Part shown: positions 43,460 through 51,857 of the stretch, piece after piece | How the letters are laid out: each line of letters opens with the position of its first letter | How positions within the stretch are numbered: position 1 is the stretch's first letter | Assembly: GCA_041178085.1 (NCBI GenBank) | Contig: JBEGVZ010000085.1 | Location: 11,756-75,755 of the forward strand | DNA length: 64,000 nucleotides | Direction of reading: 5' to 3' | Source: Pseudomonadota bacterium | Lineage (GTDB): Bacteria > Bdellovibrionota_B > Oligoflexia > Oligoflexales > RGVZ01 | The notes under the pieces: generated by a model | What the model was told of the DNA's origin: nothing | What the model saw: only the letters and a program-made list of their open reading frames with translations | Database searches by the model: none | Made by a program: the position numbers and the translations under genes

Positions 43460-44359
43460 ATGAGCAGCGAATACTTTGTAAAACTTGACCATTTCGAAGG
43501 TCCGCTTGACCTTCTGCTGCACCTTATCCGTGTGCATGAAATCGATATTTTCGACATCGACATCTTCAAGTTGTCGACGGAATACCTTAATTACCTCAGG
43601 CTGCTCAACTTCGACGACCTTGGCGACGCCGGCGCTTTTATTGAGATGGCGGCAACTCTGATCGAAATCAAGTCCCGGATGCTTCTACCCCAGGACGAGC
43701 GCAAGGTCACCAACGAGGACGGCGAAGAAGAAGATCCCGTCCAGGCCCTGCAGCAACGCCTGATCCAGTACGAGGCCATTCGCAAGGCGGCAGCTGCGCT
43801 TGCCCTGCGCCCCCAGGTGGGCGTTGAAATCCAGACCAACTGGGAATGGCGCCGCCTGGAAGAAGTGTTCAAGGATGTGGAGGCACCCCTCAAGGGCGAC
43901 GCCGCGATGCTCGTTGTCCTTTACGAGCAAATGCTCCAGTCGCTCGGTGATCGCAAGGTGACGCGCGTTCAGGCGCAGCGCCACATGGTCAGCCTTGAAG
44001 AGACGATCGAAAAAATGGCGAAGGAAGTGGAAGTTCTTCGCTTTGCGTTGTTCCAAGGTTTCTACAACCGCTTCCAGTCGCGTTATGAGCTGGTGGTCCA
44101 TATCCTTGCCGTTCTTGAACTTGCTCGTCAGTTCAAGATGAAGTTTTACCAGCAGGATTTGATGGGCCCTCTGTGGATTTATCAAACCGATTGCAACGAA
44201 GCCGACTTGCCGTTTCACGAGCAGAACGTGCAGCAAACAGGGCGCGGCTTTGCCGTGCCGTTGATGGAAGATGAATCACGCGCAAGCGAACAAGGGACCG
44301 ACATCGATCTGACGGTGCTTCCGGCGATTGATGTGCCAGGCGGGGAGGTCAGCCAGTGA
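43460..44359 (+). CDS. scpA: Segregation and condensation protein A
   Basis: FEGPLDLLLHLIRVHEIDIFDIDI, YLNYL, and a C-terminal winged-helix region. Confidence 0.9.
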   Translation: MSSEYFVKLDHFEGPLDLLLHLIRVHEIDIFDIDIFKLSTEYLNYLRLLNFDDLGDAGAFIEMAATLIEIKSRMLLPQDERKVTNEDGEEEDPVQALQQRLIQYEAIRKAAAALALRPQVGVEIQTNWEWRRLEEVFKDVEAPLKGDAAMLVVLYEQMLQSLGDRKVTRVQAQRHMVSLEETIEKMAKEVEVLRFALFQGFYNRFQSRYELVVHILAVLELARQFKMKFYQQDLMGPLWIYQTDCNEADLPFHEQNVQQTGRGFAVPLMEDESRASEQGTDIDLTVLPAIDVPGGEVSQ

Positions 44360-45267
44360 ACGAAATAGAACACACAATTGAGCCGTCGCAAGCGGAAGAA
44401 ACTCCCGTGGAATCGACGAAGGTAGATGGACCTGCGATCGAAACCGCGGCCTCTGCCGAGGATAACCTTGAGCAAAGCAGCCTTCCCCTTGCCGAGGGCC
44501 TGCGTCTGGACGCCAAGATCGAGGCCGTGATCTTTGCTTCGCAAAAGCCAGTCAAGACGATGGAGATTTTTGAACTGGTGAAAAACCCTGTCGTTGCGCC
44601 AGATGACGGTGGCGACGGCGAGGAAAACAGCTCCGAAACGGAATCTTTTTTTGCTGAACTGGAGAAAGCTCCAGAAGTGACGCTAAAGGACGTTCAAGAG
44701 TGCCTGACCCAGTTGACGGAATATTACCGGGACAGGGCCGGTGGATTCACCCTGCGCTACACCAAGGGCCTTGGCTATCAGTTTCAGACGGTTCCAGCGG
44801 CAGCACCTGTTCTGGAACGGCAGTTTGCCCAACGCCCTCGTCCGATCAGCCGCGCAGCCCTTGAGACTCTTGCCATCATCGCTTATCGCCAACCCGTCAC
44901 CCGCGCCGAAGTGGAATACATCCGCGGAGTTGACGCGGGCAGCATCATCAAAAACCTGCTTGAGCGGGATCTCATCGCCTGCACGGGCCGCAAGGAAATC
45001 GCTGGCCGTCCGATGGTATTTGGTACCACTGCGGAGTTTTTGAAGGTATTTCAACTCTCCAGCCCGAAGGACTTGCCGCCGCTTGAGTCCTTCCAGCCGT
45101 CCCATGAGGCGCTGACCAAGGCACTCGAAAAACTCGAGCAGGGCGAACAACAAGTGGACGTCGAGGGCTTCATCGGTGACGAAGCAAGTGGAGAAAATCC
45201 GGATCCAGAAATGGCTCTCCCAGTTGGAGATATGCTCCCGCCGGGAAGCGGAGAAGTGGATCTCTGA
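44356..45267 (+). CDS. scpB: Segregation and condensation protein B (with acidic N- and C-terminal extensions)
   Basis: IEAVIFASQKPV, LSRAALETLAIIAYRQPVTRAEVEYIRGVD and GRPMVFGTTAEFLKVF. The start overlaps the scpA stop (GTGA). Confidence 0.87.
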   Translation: MNEIEHTIEPSQAEETPVESTKVDGPAIETAASAEDNLEQSSLPLAEGLRLDAKIEAVIFASQKPVKTMEIFELVKNPVVAPDDGGDGEENSSETESFFAELEKAPEVTLKDVQECLTQLTEYYRDRAGGFTLRYTKGLGYQFQTVPAAAPVLERQFAQRPRPISRAALETLAIIAYRQPVTRAEVEYIRGVDAGSIIKNLLERDLIACTGRKEIAGRPMVFGTTAEFLKVFQLSSPKDLPPLESFQPSHEALTKALEKLEQGEQQVDVEGFIGDEASGENPDPEMALPVGDMLPPGSGEVDL

Positions 45268-45988
45268 GGGGCGGGTTGAGGTCAACGGCCGTACGGTCAG
45301 GGATCTAGCCACGCGGGTTGACCCGGCAACGGACAAACTGGTTGTCGATGGCAAACCGGTGAAGACGGCGGCAGCCTCCGCACGCGTTTCGACAGCGCCT
45401 CTTGTTTACTGGCTGTTTCATAAACCGGCGGGCTATTCCCTGGAAAAAAAACCAGGTGTACCTGATATCTTCGCGTTGCCACGCCTGAAGAAGCTCAAGT
45501 TCAAGGTTTCGCCAGCAACGGCCCTGCCAAAAAACGCAGAGGGGCTTTGCTTGCTCTCAAACGACCTCGAATTCGTTCGTGGCTTTCGTTTGTGCGAAGA
45601 CAGCGAACAGGTTGTCCTGCTCATGATTGATCGCCGCCTTGAAGACGAAGAGATGCGCGCTTTTGCGGATGAAAAAGAGGCCGGCAGCAAACGCCCTGCG
45701 CTCAAAGTCGAATACCGGCACAAGGCAAAACTGGGCGCCACCACAGGTTACTGGTATTTCATCCAGGGAAAAGTTCCGGGATTGCGCAAGCGGATCGACA
45801 AAACTCTCCTGACGCTCAAGGCAAAGACCCACAAATACGTTCAGCTTTCGCTTGCCGGAATGGAGCTGCCTGAAACTCTCAAGCCAGGTGAGTACATTCA
45901 ACTTGCTGGATCCGAGATCCGTCGCCTCAAGCGGCAGATCAGAAAAAATCAGGAAAGCCCGGAAGAAAAAAGCACCAAGAGGACCTGA
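45176..45988 (+). CDS. RsuA/RluB-family pseudouridine-synthase-like protein (S4 domain present, catalytic motif degenerate)
   Basis: S4 domain RIQKWLSQLEICSRREAEKWISEGRVEVNGRTV. The family motif 'GRLDxxSEGLLLLTNDGE' reads TALPKNAEGLCLLSNDLE here. Only GTG starts (45176 or 45188) are available, so it overlaps scpB by 80-92 nt. Confidence 0.7.
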   Translation: MTKQVEKIRIQKWLSQLEICSRREAEKWISEGRVEVNGRTVRDLATRVDPATDKLVVDGKPVKTAAASARVSTAPLVYWLFHKPAGYSLEKKPGVPDIFALPRLKKLKFKVSPATALPKNAEGLCLLSNDLEFVRGFRLCEDSEQVVLLMIDRRLEDEEMRAFADEKEAGSKRPALKVEYRHKAKLGATTGYWYFIQGKVPGLRKRIDKTLLTLKAKTHKYVQLSLAGMELPETLKPGEYIQLAGSEIRRLKRQIRKNQESPEEKSTKRT

Positions 45989-45991
45989 GCC

Positions 45992-46969
45992 ATGAAACTT
46001 GCGACCCTGAAAGACGGAACCCGCGACGGCCAGCTGGTCGTCGTCAGCCGCGACAACCTTCGCTGCATGCCGGTAACTTCTGTGTGCAAGTCCCTGCAGG
46101 CCGCCCTTGATGACTGGGACGCGAAGGCGCCAGAACTTGAAAAGATCTACCGTCATCTCAACGACGACGGCAAGGCGGGCCAGGCTTTCGATGCTACGAA
46201 AGCGCTTTCTCCCCTTCCGCGCGCCTACGAATGGATCGATGGCTCTGCCTACATCAACCATGTGGTCCTTGTTCGCAAGGCGCGGGGTGCGGAACCTCCC
46301 GAGACGCTACGGACGGATCCACTGGTTTATCAGGGCGGATCGGGAACTTTCCTGGCACCAAATCAAGATATTCCGCTGGCAGATGCAGCCTGGGGTCTCG
46401 ATTTTGAATCAGAAGTTTGTGTGGTTCTGGGCGACACCCCTCAGGGAACCAAAGCTTCAGAGGCTGGCAAGTACGTGCGGTTGCTGATGATTTGTAACGA
46501 CGTCTCACTGCGCAACCTGATCCCTGGGGAACTGGCCAAGGGATTTGGCTTTTTTACCAGCAAGCCGTCTTCAGCTTTTGCGCCGATTGCAGTCACGCCA
46601 GATGAAATTGGGCCGGCGTGGAAAGATGGCCGGATCCACCTGCCTCTTAACACGTGGCTCAACGGGAACCTTTTCGGAAACCCGGAGGCGGGTCCCGAGA
46701 TGCACTTTTCTTTTTTTGATTTGATCCAACACATCACCAAGACGCGTGCCTACACGGCCGGGACGATCCTCGGTTCAGGAACAGTGTCCAATGAAGATCG
46801 CTCGAAGGGATCTTCATGCCTGGCCGAGCGCAGAATGATTGAGCAAATTGATTCCGGAAAGGCAACGACGCCCTTCATGAAGTCAGGTGACCGGGTCGAG
46901 ATCGAAATGTTTGACGCAAAGGGTCAGTCTGTTTTCGGGAGGATCTCCCAGAAAGTAAGTGCAAAATGA
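45992..46969 (+). CDS. Fumarylacetoacetate hydrolase (FAH) family protein
   Basis: MKLATLKDGTRDGQLVVVSRD N-terminus; DFESEVCVVLG and GTILGSGTVSN motifs typical of the FAH family. Confidence 0.85.
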   Translation: MKLATLKDGTRDGQLVVVSRDNLRCMPVTSVCKSLQAALDDWDAKAPELEKIYRHLNDDGKAGQAFDATKALSPLPRAYEWIDGSAYINHVVLVRKARGAEPPETLRTDPLVYQGGSGTFLAPNQDIPLADAAWGLDFESEVCVVLGDTPQGTKASEAGKYVRLLMICNDVSLRNLIPGELAKGFGFFTSKPSSAFAPIAVTPDEIGPAWKDGRIHLPLNTWLNGNLFGNPEAGPEMHFSFFDLIQHITKTRAYTAGTILGSGTVSNEDRSKGSSCLAERRMIEQIDSGKATTPFMKSGDRVEIEMFDAKGQSVFGRISQKVSAK

Positions 46970-47643
46970 AGACAAGGTCCTGGTCATTTTTGGTGGCAGT
47001 CTTCATGTCCGTTCTGCCTACACTGGAAAGTGCAGAGGCAGCGCGAATCATCGCCGTTGAAAAGGCGCGCGTTGAAGCACCGGCAGCAGAATCCGCGGCT
47101 GACGCCTCCAGCTCTGGCACCAGCGCTTTCATGGAAAAGGTTGGCGACGCCGTCGAGCCGCTGCGGCAATTTGAATACTCGGCCTTGGTCGGCTTTGGTG
47201 ATAGCGGCTTGCACGGCGGGATCACAGTTGGTTACCCCATGGGTCCTTACGTGCTAATTGATAGCAGTGGCTTTTATGCGCGGCAGACAGACCCTGCCCG
47301 CGGCCGCAATAATCGTTACGGCATCGGCGCCGACTTGACACTTCGTCTGGCCAACCGGACGGGACTTGTCGTTCCAGTCGGAGGGACAGGTGTCGGCTTT
47401 GAGCGTTGGGACCAATACCTGACAGAGGGTGTCGAGGAGTCGGTTACGGGCCACGACGACAGTTCGACGGTCTCCCATTTCGCAGGACTGCACATCAAGT
47501 TGAATGATCACATGCAGCTACGGTGGATGACTCGTTGGCTGACATGGCTGGACAATCCGCCGCGTGACCTGGCGACCCGTTTTGCCACCCGCCTTCCCCG
47601 CCATGAACGGCGGATGGAAGTGGGAGTCGGCGTGATCTTCTAG
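46966..47643 (+). CDS. Small outer-membrane beta-barrel-like hypothetical protein
   Basis: ATGA overlap with the FAH gene. Signal peptide MKTRSWSFLVAVFMSVLPTLESAEA. The C-terminus, VGVGVIF, ends in Phe. Confidence 0.55.
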   Translation: MKTRSWSFLVAVFMSVLPTLESAEAARIIAVEKARVEAPAAESAADASSSGTSAFMEKVGDAVEPLRQFEYSALVGFGDSGLHGGITVGYPMGPYVLIDSSGFYARQTDPARGRNNRYGIGADLTLRLANRTGLVVPVGGTGVGFERWDQYLTEGVEESVTGHDDSSTVSHFAGLHIKLNDHMQLRWMTRWLTWLDNPPRDLATRFATRLPRHERRMEVGVGVIF

Positions 47644-47669
47644 GCTAGATAATTCAAGCAAGACACAGC

Positions 47670-48440
47670 TTAGTCTCTTCTGTGAACCTTGTGCACGCCC
47701 GCCTGATCTACCGGCATCAGAACAACCTGGTCGATGTTGACATGGGCGGGACGAGAGGCGGCAAACCAGATGCACTCGGCGATGTCGTTTGCAGTGAGAG
47801 GCGTCATGCCGCGGTACACCGCAGACGCTTTTTCTGCGTCCCCGCCAAAACGAACGCGGCTGAAATCTGTTTCCACCATGCCGGGATCGATAGATGTCAC
47901 GCGGATCGGCGTGCCGTTTAGCTCAAGGCGCAAGGTTTTGGTGACAGCGTTCAATGCGTGCTTGGAGGCCGTATAGATGCTGCCGCCTTCGTAAACCCAA
48001 AATCCGGCAACGGATCCCATGTTGATGACGTGCCCGTAGTTTTTTTCGATCATGCCTGGGATAAATGCCCTGAGGACGGAAACAGCGCCCTTCACATTCG
48101 TATCGATCATTTGATCGATCTCGTCATCGCTGACCTGGGCAAGGCGCGCTGTTCCGATGGCAAGGCCAGCGTTATTCACCAGTGCATCGACCCCATGATC
48201 AAAGGCATCGCGCACCTCGGTTGCAAACCGGGCGACGGATTCCCTCTTTGTGACATCAAGGTGGCCTGTGAAAACATTTGGTGCGCCAAGGGACTTCAGT
48301 TTGGGCGTCATTTCCGCAAGGAGATCGGTGCGTCGTGCACCGAGCGCAAGTGCCCAGCCATTGCGGGCAAAAATCTCCGCGGTGGCGGCACCGATTCCGG
48401 AGCTGGCCCCGGTGATGCAGGCAACGCGGAGGGTCGTCAT
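47670..48440 (-). CDS. Short-chain dehydrogenase/reductase (SDR)
   Basis: ITGASSGIGAATA (TGxxxGxG), NNAG and YTASKHA (YxxxK). Confidence 0.9.
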   Translation of the reverse strand: MTTLRVACITGASSGIGAATAEIFARNGWALALGARRTDLLAEMTPKLKSLGAPNVFTGHLDVTKRESVARFATEVRDAFDHGVDALVNNAGLAIGTARLAQVSDDEIDQMIDTNVKGAVSVLRAFIPGMIEKNYGHVINMGSVAGFWVYEGGSIYTASKHALNAVTKTLRLELNGTPIRVTSIDPGMVETDFSRVRFGGDAEKASAVYRGMTPLTANDIAECIWFAASRPAHVNIDQVVLMPVDQAGVHKVHRRD

Positions 48441-49471
48441 GCGCCGCCGCCTCTGATCACCCGCACGGCACGATTATTACCTTCGCCAACGGACTCGGAT
48501 TGAAAGCCACGTTCGTTGACGGTGTGATGTTGTTTGCGACGTTGAAAACTATTGGTTGGTGGCAAGTCGACAAAAGGCGTCGAAGGTTCACGTTCAAGGC
48601 GAGCGATCGCATCTTCGACCGCGGACATTGCCTCCGCAGCGGCGCGGTCTTGATGACCATCGTCACGGCGAGGACCTCTCCGTCCCTCACGGCGCCCTTC
48701 ACTTTCTTGCCCACCACGTCTGGATTCCTCGCGTTGCGGGCGGTCGAAATCCCGTCCTCCACGGGCCGGGCGTTCCGGGCGATCTGATTGTTCACCACGC
48801 TGAGGGCGATCTGGACGATCGTGGTGCCCAGTGCGCTCAGGTCCCCCTCTTTTACGGCCGCCTGGACCACCACCGAAGCCGCCGCCTGGTCCGCTGCCGG
48901 CACGCAAGCGCGGTGGCGGAGCGAAGCGACCAATGGGTGGCCTGCTACCGACCTCGTAAACGGGTGGCTCCCACGAAGAGTAAGTCCAGGCAAAAAACTT
49001 GGCGAAAAGCTCTCGGGCTTTTGGTGATTTTTCTTCCAGGACGACCATTGTCATGCGCCAGAATGGTGCCAGATCTGCGCTCTCGCTGAAGACCGGCAGT
49101 TCTGAGCTTCCGGCAAGCCTGTGCAGTTCACGCAAGTCAGCGTGGAAACAGGAAAAACCAAACACCACACCACTGACTTTTTCGTAATCGACCACGGTTT
49201 TTTCGAGCAGACCCGGCTCACGTTCGCAGTGCCACTGGTAGAGGCTCGCAATGGCGTCTTGCCAAGCGTTGTCCGTGTCAGGTTTACCAGACAGTTTGCC
49301 GGCCAGGTCAGGCAGCGACGGATGGCGGAAGTCTACGTTCTCTTTGCCGCCCGCTTTCTTTTGCAGGTTGGCGATCATCGTTTCGGCTTCGAAGCAGGAG
49401 TAAAGGAAGTAATCCAGCGGCACTTCTTTGCCGGCCTGGGCGATAAAACGTTCTTTGTACGGGGATACCAT
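48437..49471 (-). CDS. R3H-domain protein with unknown N-terminal domain and Arg/Gly-rich repeat linker
   Basis: C-terminal LPPTNSFQRRKQHHTVNERGFQSESVGEGNNRAVRVI is R3H-like. The central GGGFGGGPGGRKRGGPER...DRPDRPQRGEQSDRPERPARGGRDFDRPQREESRRGG is low complexity. The stop overlaps the SDR start as ATGA. Confidence 0.7.
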   Translation of the reverse strand: MVSPYKERFIAQAGKEVPLDYFLYSCFEAETMIANLQKKAGGKENVDFRHPSLPDLAGKLSGKPDTDNAWQDAIASLYQWHCEREPGLLEKTVVDYEKVSGVVFGFSCFHADLRELHRLAGSSELPVFSESADLAPFWRMTMVVLEEKSPKARELFAKFFAWTYSSWEPPVYEVGSRPPIGRFAPPPRLRAGSGPGGGFGGGPGGRKRGGPERTGHHDRPDRPQRGEQSDRPERPARGGRDFDRPQREESRRGGQESEGRREGRRGPRRDDGHQDRAAAEAMSAVEDAIARLEREPSTPFVDLPPTNSFQRRKQHHTVNERGFQSESVGEGNNRAVRVIRGGGA

Positions 49472-49549
49472 TTATTCTCTCAATTCTAGCAGTTGCGGCC
49501 CACAGGGCGGTGACTATAGGCCCAGACCCGCTGGGACGCAAGGGCTTGG

Positions 49550-51061
49550 CTAAAGAAGCGGGGCGAGCAGGCGCGACAGGTTTTCCTTCTGGGTTTGCAG
49601 GAAGCGGCCCACTTTCCCTCGGGGAAGCGGGTCAAGGGTCGCACAGCTTTCCGCCATGTCGAGGGTCAACATCGAGTCCACCTGCCTGGCAAAGTCCCGG
49701 CCATGGATCACGAGCGTTGTCTCAAAGTTCAAATATAACGCCCGGTTGTCAAAGTTCGTGGACCCGATCAGGCACATGTCGTCGTCCACCAAGACCACTT
49801 TCTGATGCATGAAGCCTGGCTCATAAAAAAGAACCCTCACCCCGGCCTTGCGCAGTTTTGCGGCGTAGGTGACGCCGACCCAGTGCACCAGAATGTTGTC
49901 AGAGCGCCTTGGCAGCATGATGCGGACGTCGACACCGCGTAGTGTACAGAGCTCAAGTTCCCGCGTCAGCGGCGTGTCGGGGACAAAATATGGGGTGGCA
50001 ATCCACAGCCGTTTTTTCGCCTTCTGGATGGTCAACATGTAAAGGAGGACACCGACCAGGGCTTCGTCGGTCGGACCAGACGGGATCACCTGAACCACCT
50101 CCTTGGGGTGTTCGGGGAATGAGGGCACATGCCGTGCTCGCAGGCTGACTTCGAGGGATTCGCCCGTGGCAAAGTGCCAGTCATCAAAAAACACGTCCTC
50201 CAGCCGGGCCACGGCGGGTCCATCGATACGGACGTGGGTGTCGCGCCAGCGGCTGGTATCTGCTTTGTCAAAAAGGGGCAGCCCCGATACATACTCTTCG
50301 CCAAAGTTGAGTCCACCGGTGAGCGCAATCTCCCCGTCAACCACCACCAGTTTGCGGTGGTTACGGAAGTTCAGTTGAAGCCCCCGTTTCCAGCTGTGGA
50401 TGGGCAGGAAGCTAGCCACAGAAATCCCGGCCGCTTTCAAGTCCCTCACGTAAGCTTTGGGTAGCCAGAATGAACCGATGTCATCGTAGATCACATGAAC
50501 GGCAACTCCGCTGCGGGCCTTCGCAATCAAAAGCTTTTGTAACTCAAGGCCCAGGCGATCGGAGCGCAGGATGTAGTATTGGACCAGGATGTAGTGCCGG
50601 GCACCGCTGATGGCGACGAAGATTTCTTTGAAAGTGTCCACGCCGTCCACCAGCAGCTTGACGGAGTTTCGTGACGGGTCGTGAAGTTCGCCGAAGCGGC
50701 CAAACGTACAGGCCATCTCGTCCAGGTTTCTGGGCAGTGGCAGGCCGTCTTTGCCAAGGTCTTTTTCAAGGTGCTTCAAATTTTCCCGGATGGCGGGTTG
50801 CCGGACAAGATCGTCAAGGGAATGCTCGTGCGGCGAGAGGGCGTGCTGGTCAAAGTGGGCACGCCTTCTCATGAGGCCTTTGATCCGGTTTTTTCCGAAC
50901 ATGTAGTAAAGCGGGATGCCAAAAAACGGCATCAGGACGAGGGCGATGATCCAGGCAATGGTGGACTTAGGGTTTCGCCGTTCCTGGATCAGCTCAAAAG
51001 CGAGCCACCAGGCAAGGGCGTAAAGTGCCACGTAGGGCCATACTGCCGGATCGATGTTCAC
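49550..51061 (-). CDS. cls: Cardiolipin synthase (PLD superfamily)
   Basis: Two N-terminal TM helices. HKD motifs NHRKLVVVDGEIALTGGLNFG and MHQKVVLVDDDMCLIGSTNFDNRA. Confidence 0.9.
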   Translation of the reverse strand: MNIDPAVWPYVALYALAWWLAFELIQERRNPKSTIAWIIALVLMPFFGIPLYYMFGKNRIKGLMRRRAHFDQHALSPHEHSLDDLVRQPAIRENLKHLEKDLGKDGLPLPRNLDEMACTFGRFGELHDPSRNSVKLLVDGVDTFKEIFVAISGARHYILVQYYILRSDRLGLELQKLLIAKARSGVAVHVIYDDIGSFWLPKAYVRDLKAAGISVASFLPIHSWKRGLQLNFRNHRKLVVVDGEIALTGGLNFGEEYVSGLPLFDKADTSRWRDTHVRIDGPAVARLEDVFFDDWHFATGESLEVSLRARHVPSFPEHPKEVVQVIPSGPTDEALVGVLLYMLTIQKAKKRLWIATPYFVPDTPLTRELELCTLRGVDVRIMLPRRSDNILVHWVGVTYAAKLRKAGVRVLFYEPGFMHQKVVLVDDDMCLIGSTNFDNRALYLNFETTLVIHGRDFARQVDSMLTLDMAESCATLDPLPRGKVGRFLQTQKENLSRLLAPLL

Positions 51062-51084
51062 GGCTTCGGCCTCAAGCTGTTTGG

Positions 51085-51408
51085 TTATCCGCGCATGCGG
51101 CGGGCAAGGCTCAGCACCCTGTTACTGGCCAGCGATAATTCTTCAAATTCGGTCCAGTCGGTGGCTCCCGCGCGCTGGTGGGTGTAGGCCGAAAGTTCGT
51201 GGTCACCCTCAAAGGCATCGACCACCAGGCGGACGGCCTCCTGATGAGCATCCGAACCAGGTGCATTGCGATTGAGCATTTCTTGGGCTTTCTGCAAGTC
51301 TTCGATTGCTTCTTCCTCGTGCTGGTCGCGCAGCAACGGGATCAGTTTTTCAATCGCAACTATCAGATCAGCCGAGGAATTTTTGCGGTCACGCTTGATG
51401 ATGGTCAT
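51085..51408 (-). CDS. Hypothetical helical protein (107 aa) upstream of cls
   Basis: ATG 51408 (MTIIKRDRKN...). Same strand as cls, 23 nt upstream. No family recognised. Confidence 0.45.
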   Translation of the reverse strand: MTIIKRDRKNSSADLIVAIEKLIPLLRDQHEEEAIEDLQKAQEMLNRNAPGSDAHQEAVRLVVDAFEGDHELSAYTHQRAGATDWTEFEELSLASNRVLSLARRMRG

Positions 51409-51529
51409 GGACAGAAAAGGCCTCCTCGCGCGAAGTCTAGGTGACCCCCGGGGAAATTGCAAACGACCGTTGACAGACTAAAGCTGCCCTTGTAATTACC
51501 TCCACCTCAAGGCGAAAGCTTTGTGTAGT

Positions 51530-51605
51530 GGGCTCGTAGCTCAGCTGGTAGAGCAGTACACTTTTAATGTACGGGTCGATGGTTCGAATCCATCCGGGCT
51601 CACCA
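51530..51605 (+). tRNA. tRNA-Lys (anticodon UUU), CCA encoded
   Basis: GGGCTCGTAGCTCAGCTGGTAGAGCAGTACACTTTTAATGTACGGGTCGATGGTTCGAATCCATCCGGGCTCACCA. Anticodon loop CT-TTT-AA. Close to E. coli tRNA-Lys. Confidence 0.95.
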
Positions 51606-51610
51606 CTACT

Positions 51611-51688
51611 GTCCCCATCGTCTAGCCCGGTCCAGGACACCACCCTTTCACGGTGGATACGGGGGTTCAAATCCCCCTGGGGACGCCA
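51611..51688 (+). tRNA. tRNA-Glu (anticodon UUC), CCA encoded
   Basis: GTCCCCATCGTCTAGCCCGGTCCAGGACACCACCCTTTCACGGTGGATACGGGGGTTCAAATCCCCCTGGGGACGCCA. Anticodon loop CT-TTC-AC. Confidence 0.95.
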
Positions 51689-51701
51689 CTTCCAAAGAAA
51701 A

Positions 51702-51738
51702 GGCCTCCGCACGGAATGTGCGGGGGCCTTTTTTTATT
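51702..51738 (+). terminator. Rho-independent terminator after the tRNA-Lys/tRNA-Glu pair
   Basis: 11-bp stem GGCCTCCGCAC / GTGCGGGGGCC (one G-U pair), loop GGAAT, then TTTTTTTATT. Confidence 0.85.
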
Positions 51739-51818
51739 CCGACGCCCCGACGAAACGTGAAGGGATGATTTGACATGCCAGTTGGATCCCGGCGCGACGT
51801 CTGGTAGCTTTGGAGGGT

Positions 51819-51838
51819 AGCCATAAATATTTATGGCT
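51819..51838 (+). promoter_or_regulatory. Perfect 20-bp palindrome AGCCATAAAT|ATTTATGGCT upstream of recN (candidate repressor / SOS operator)
   Basis: Read directly from the sequence. It lies 6 nt upstream of the AAGGAGG RBS and 19 nt upstream of the GTG start of recN. Confidence 0.5.
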
Positions 51839-51857
51839 TCTGCCAAGGAGGCGTGTC

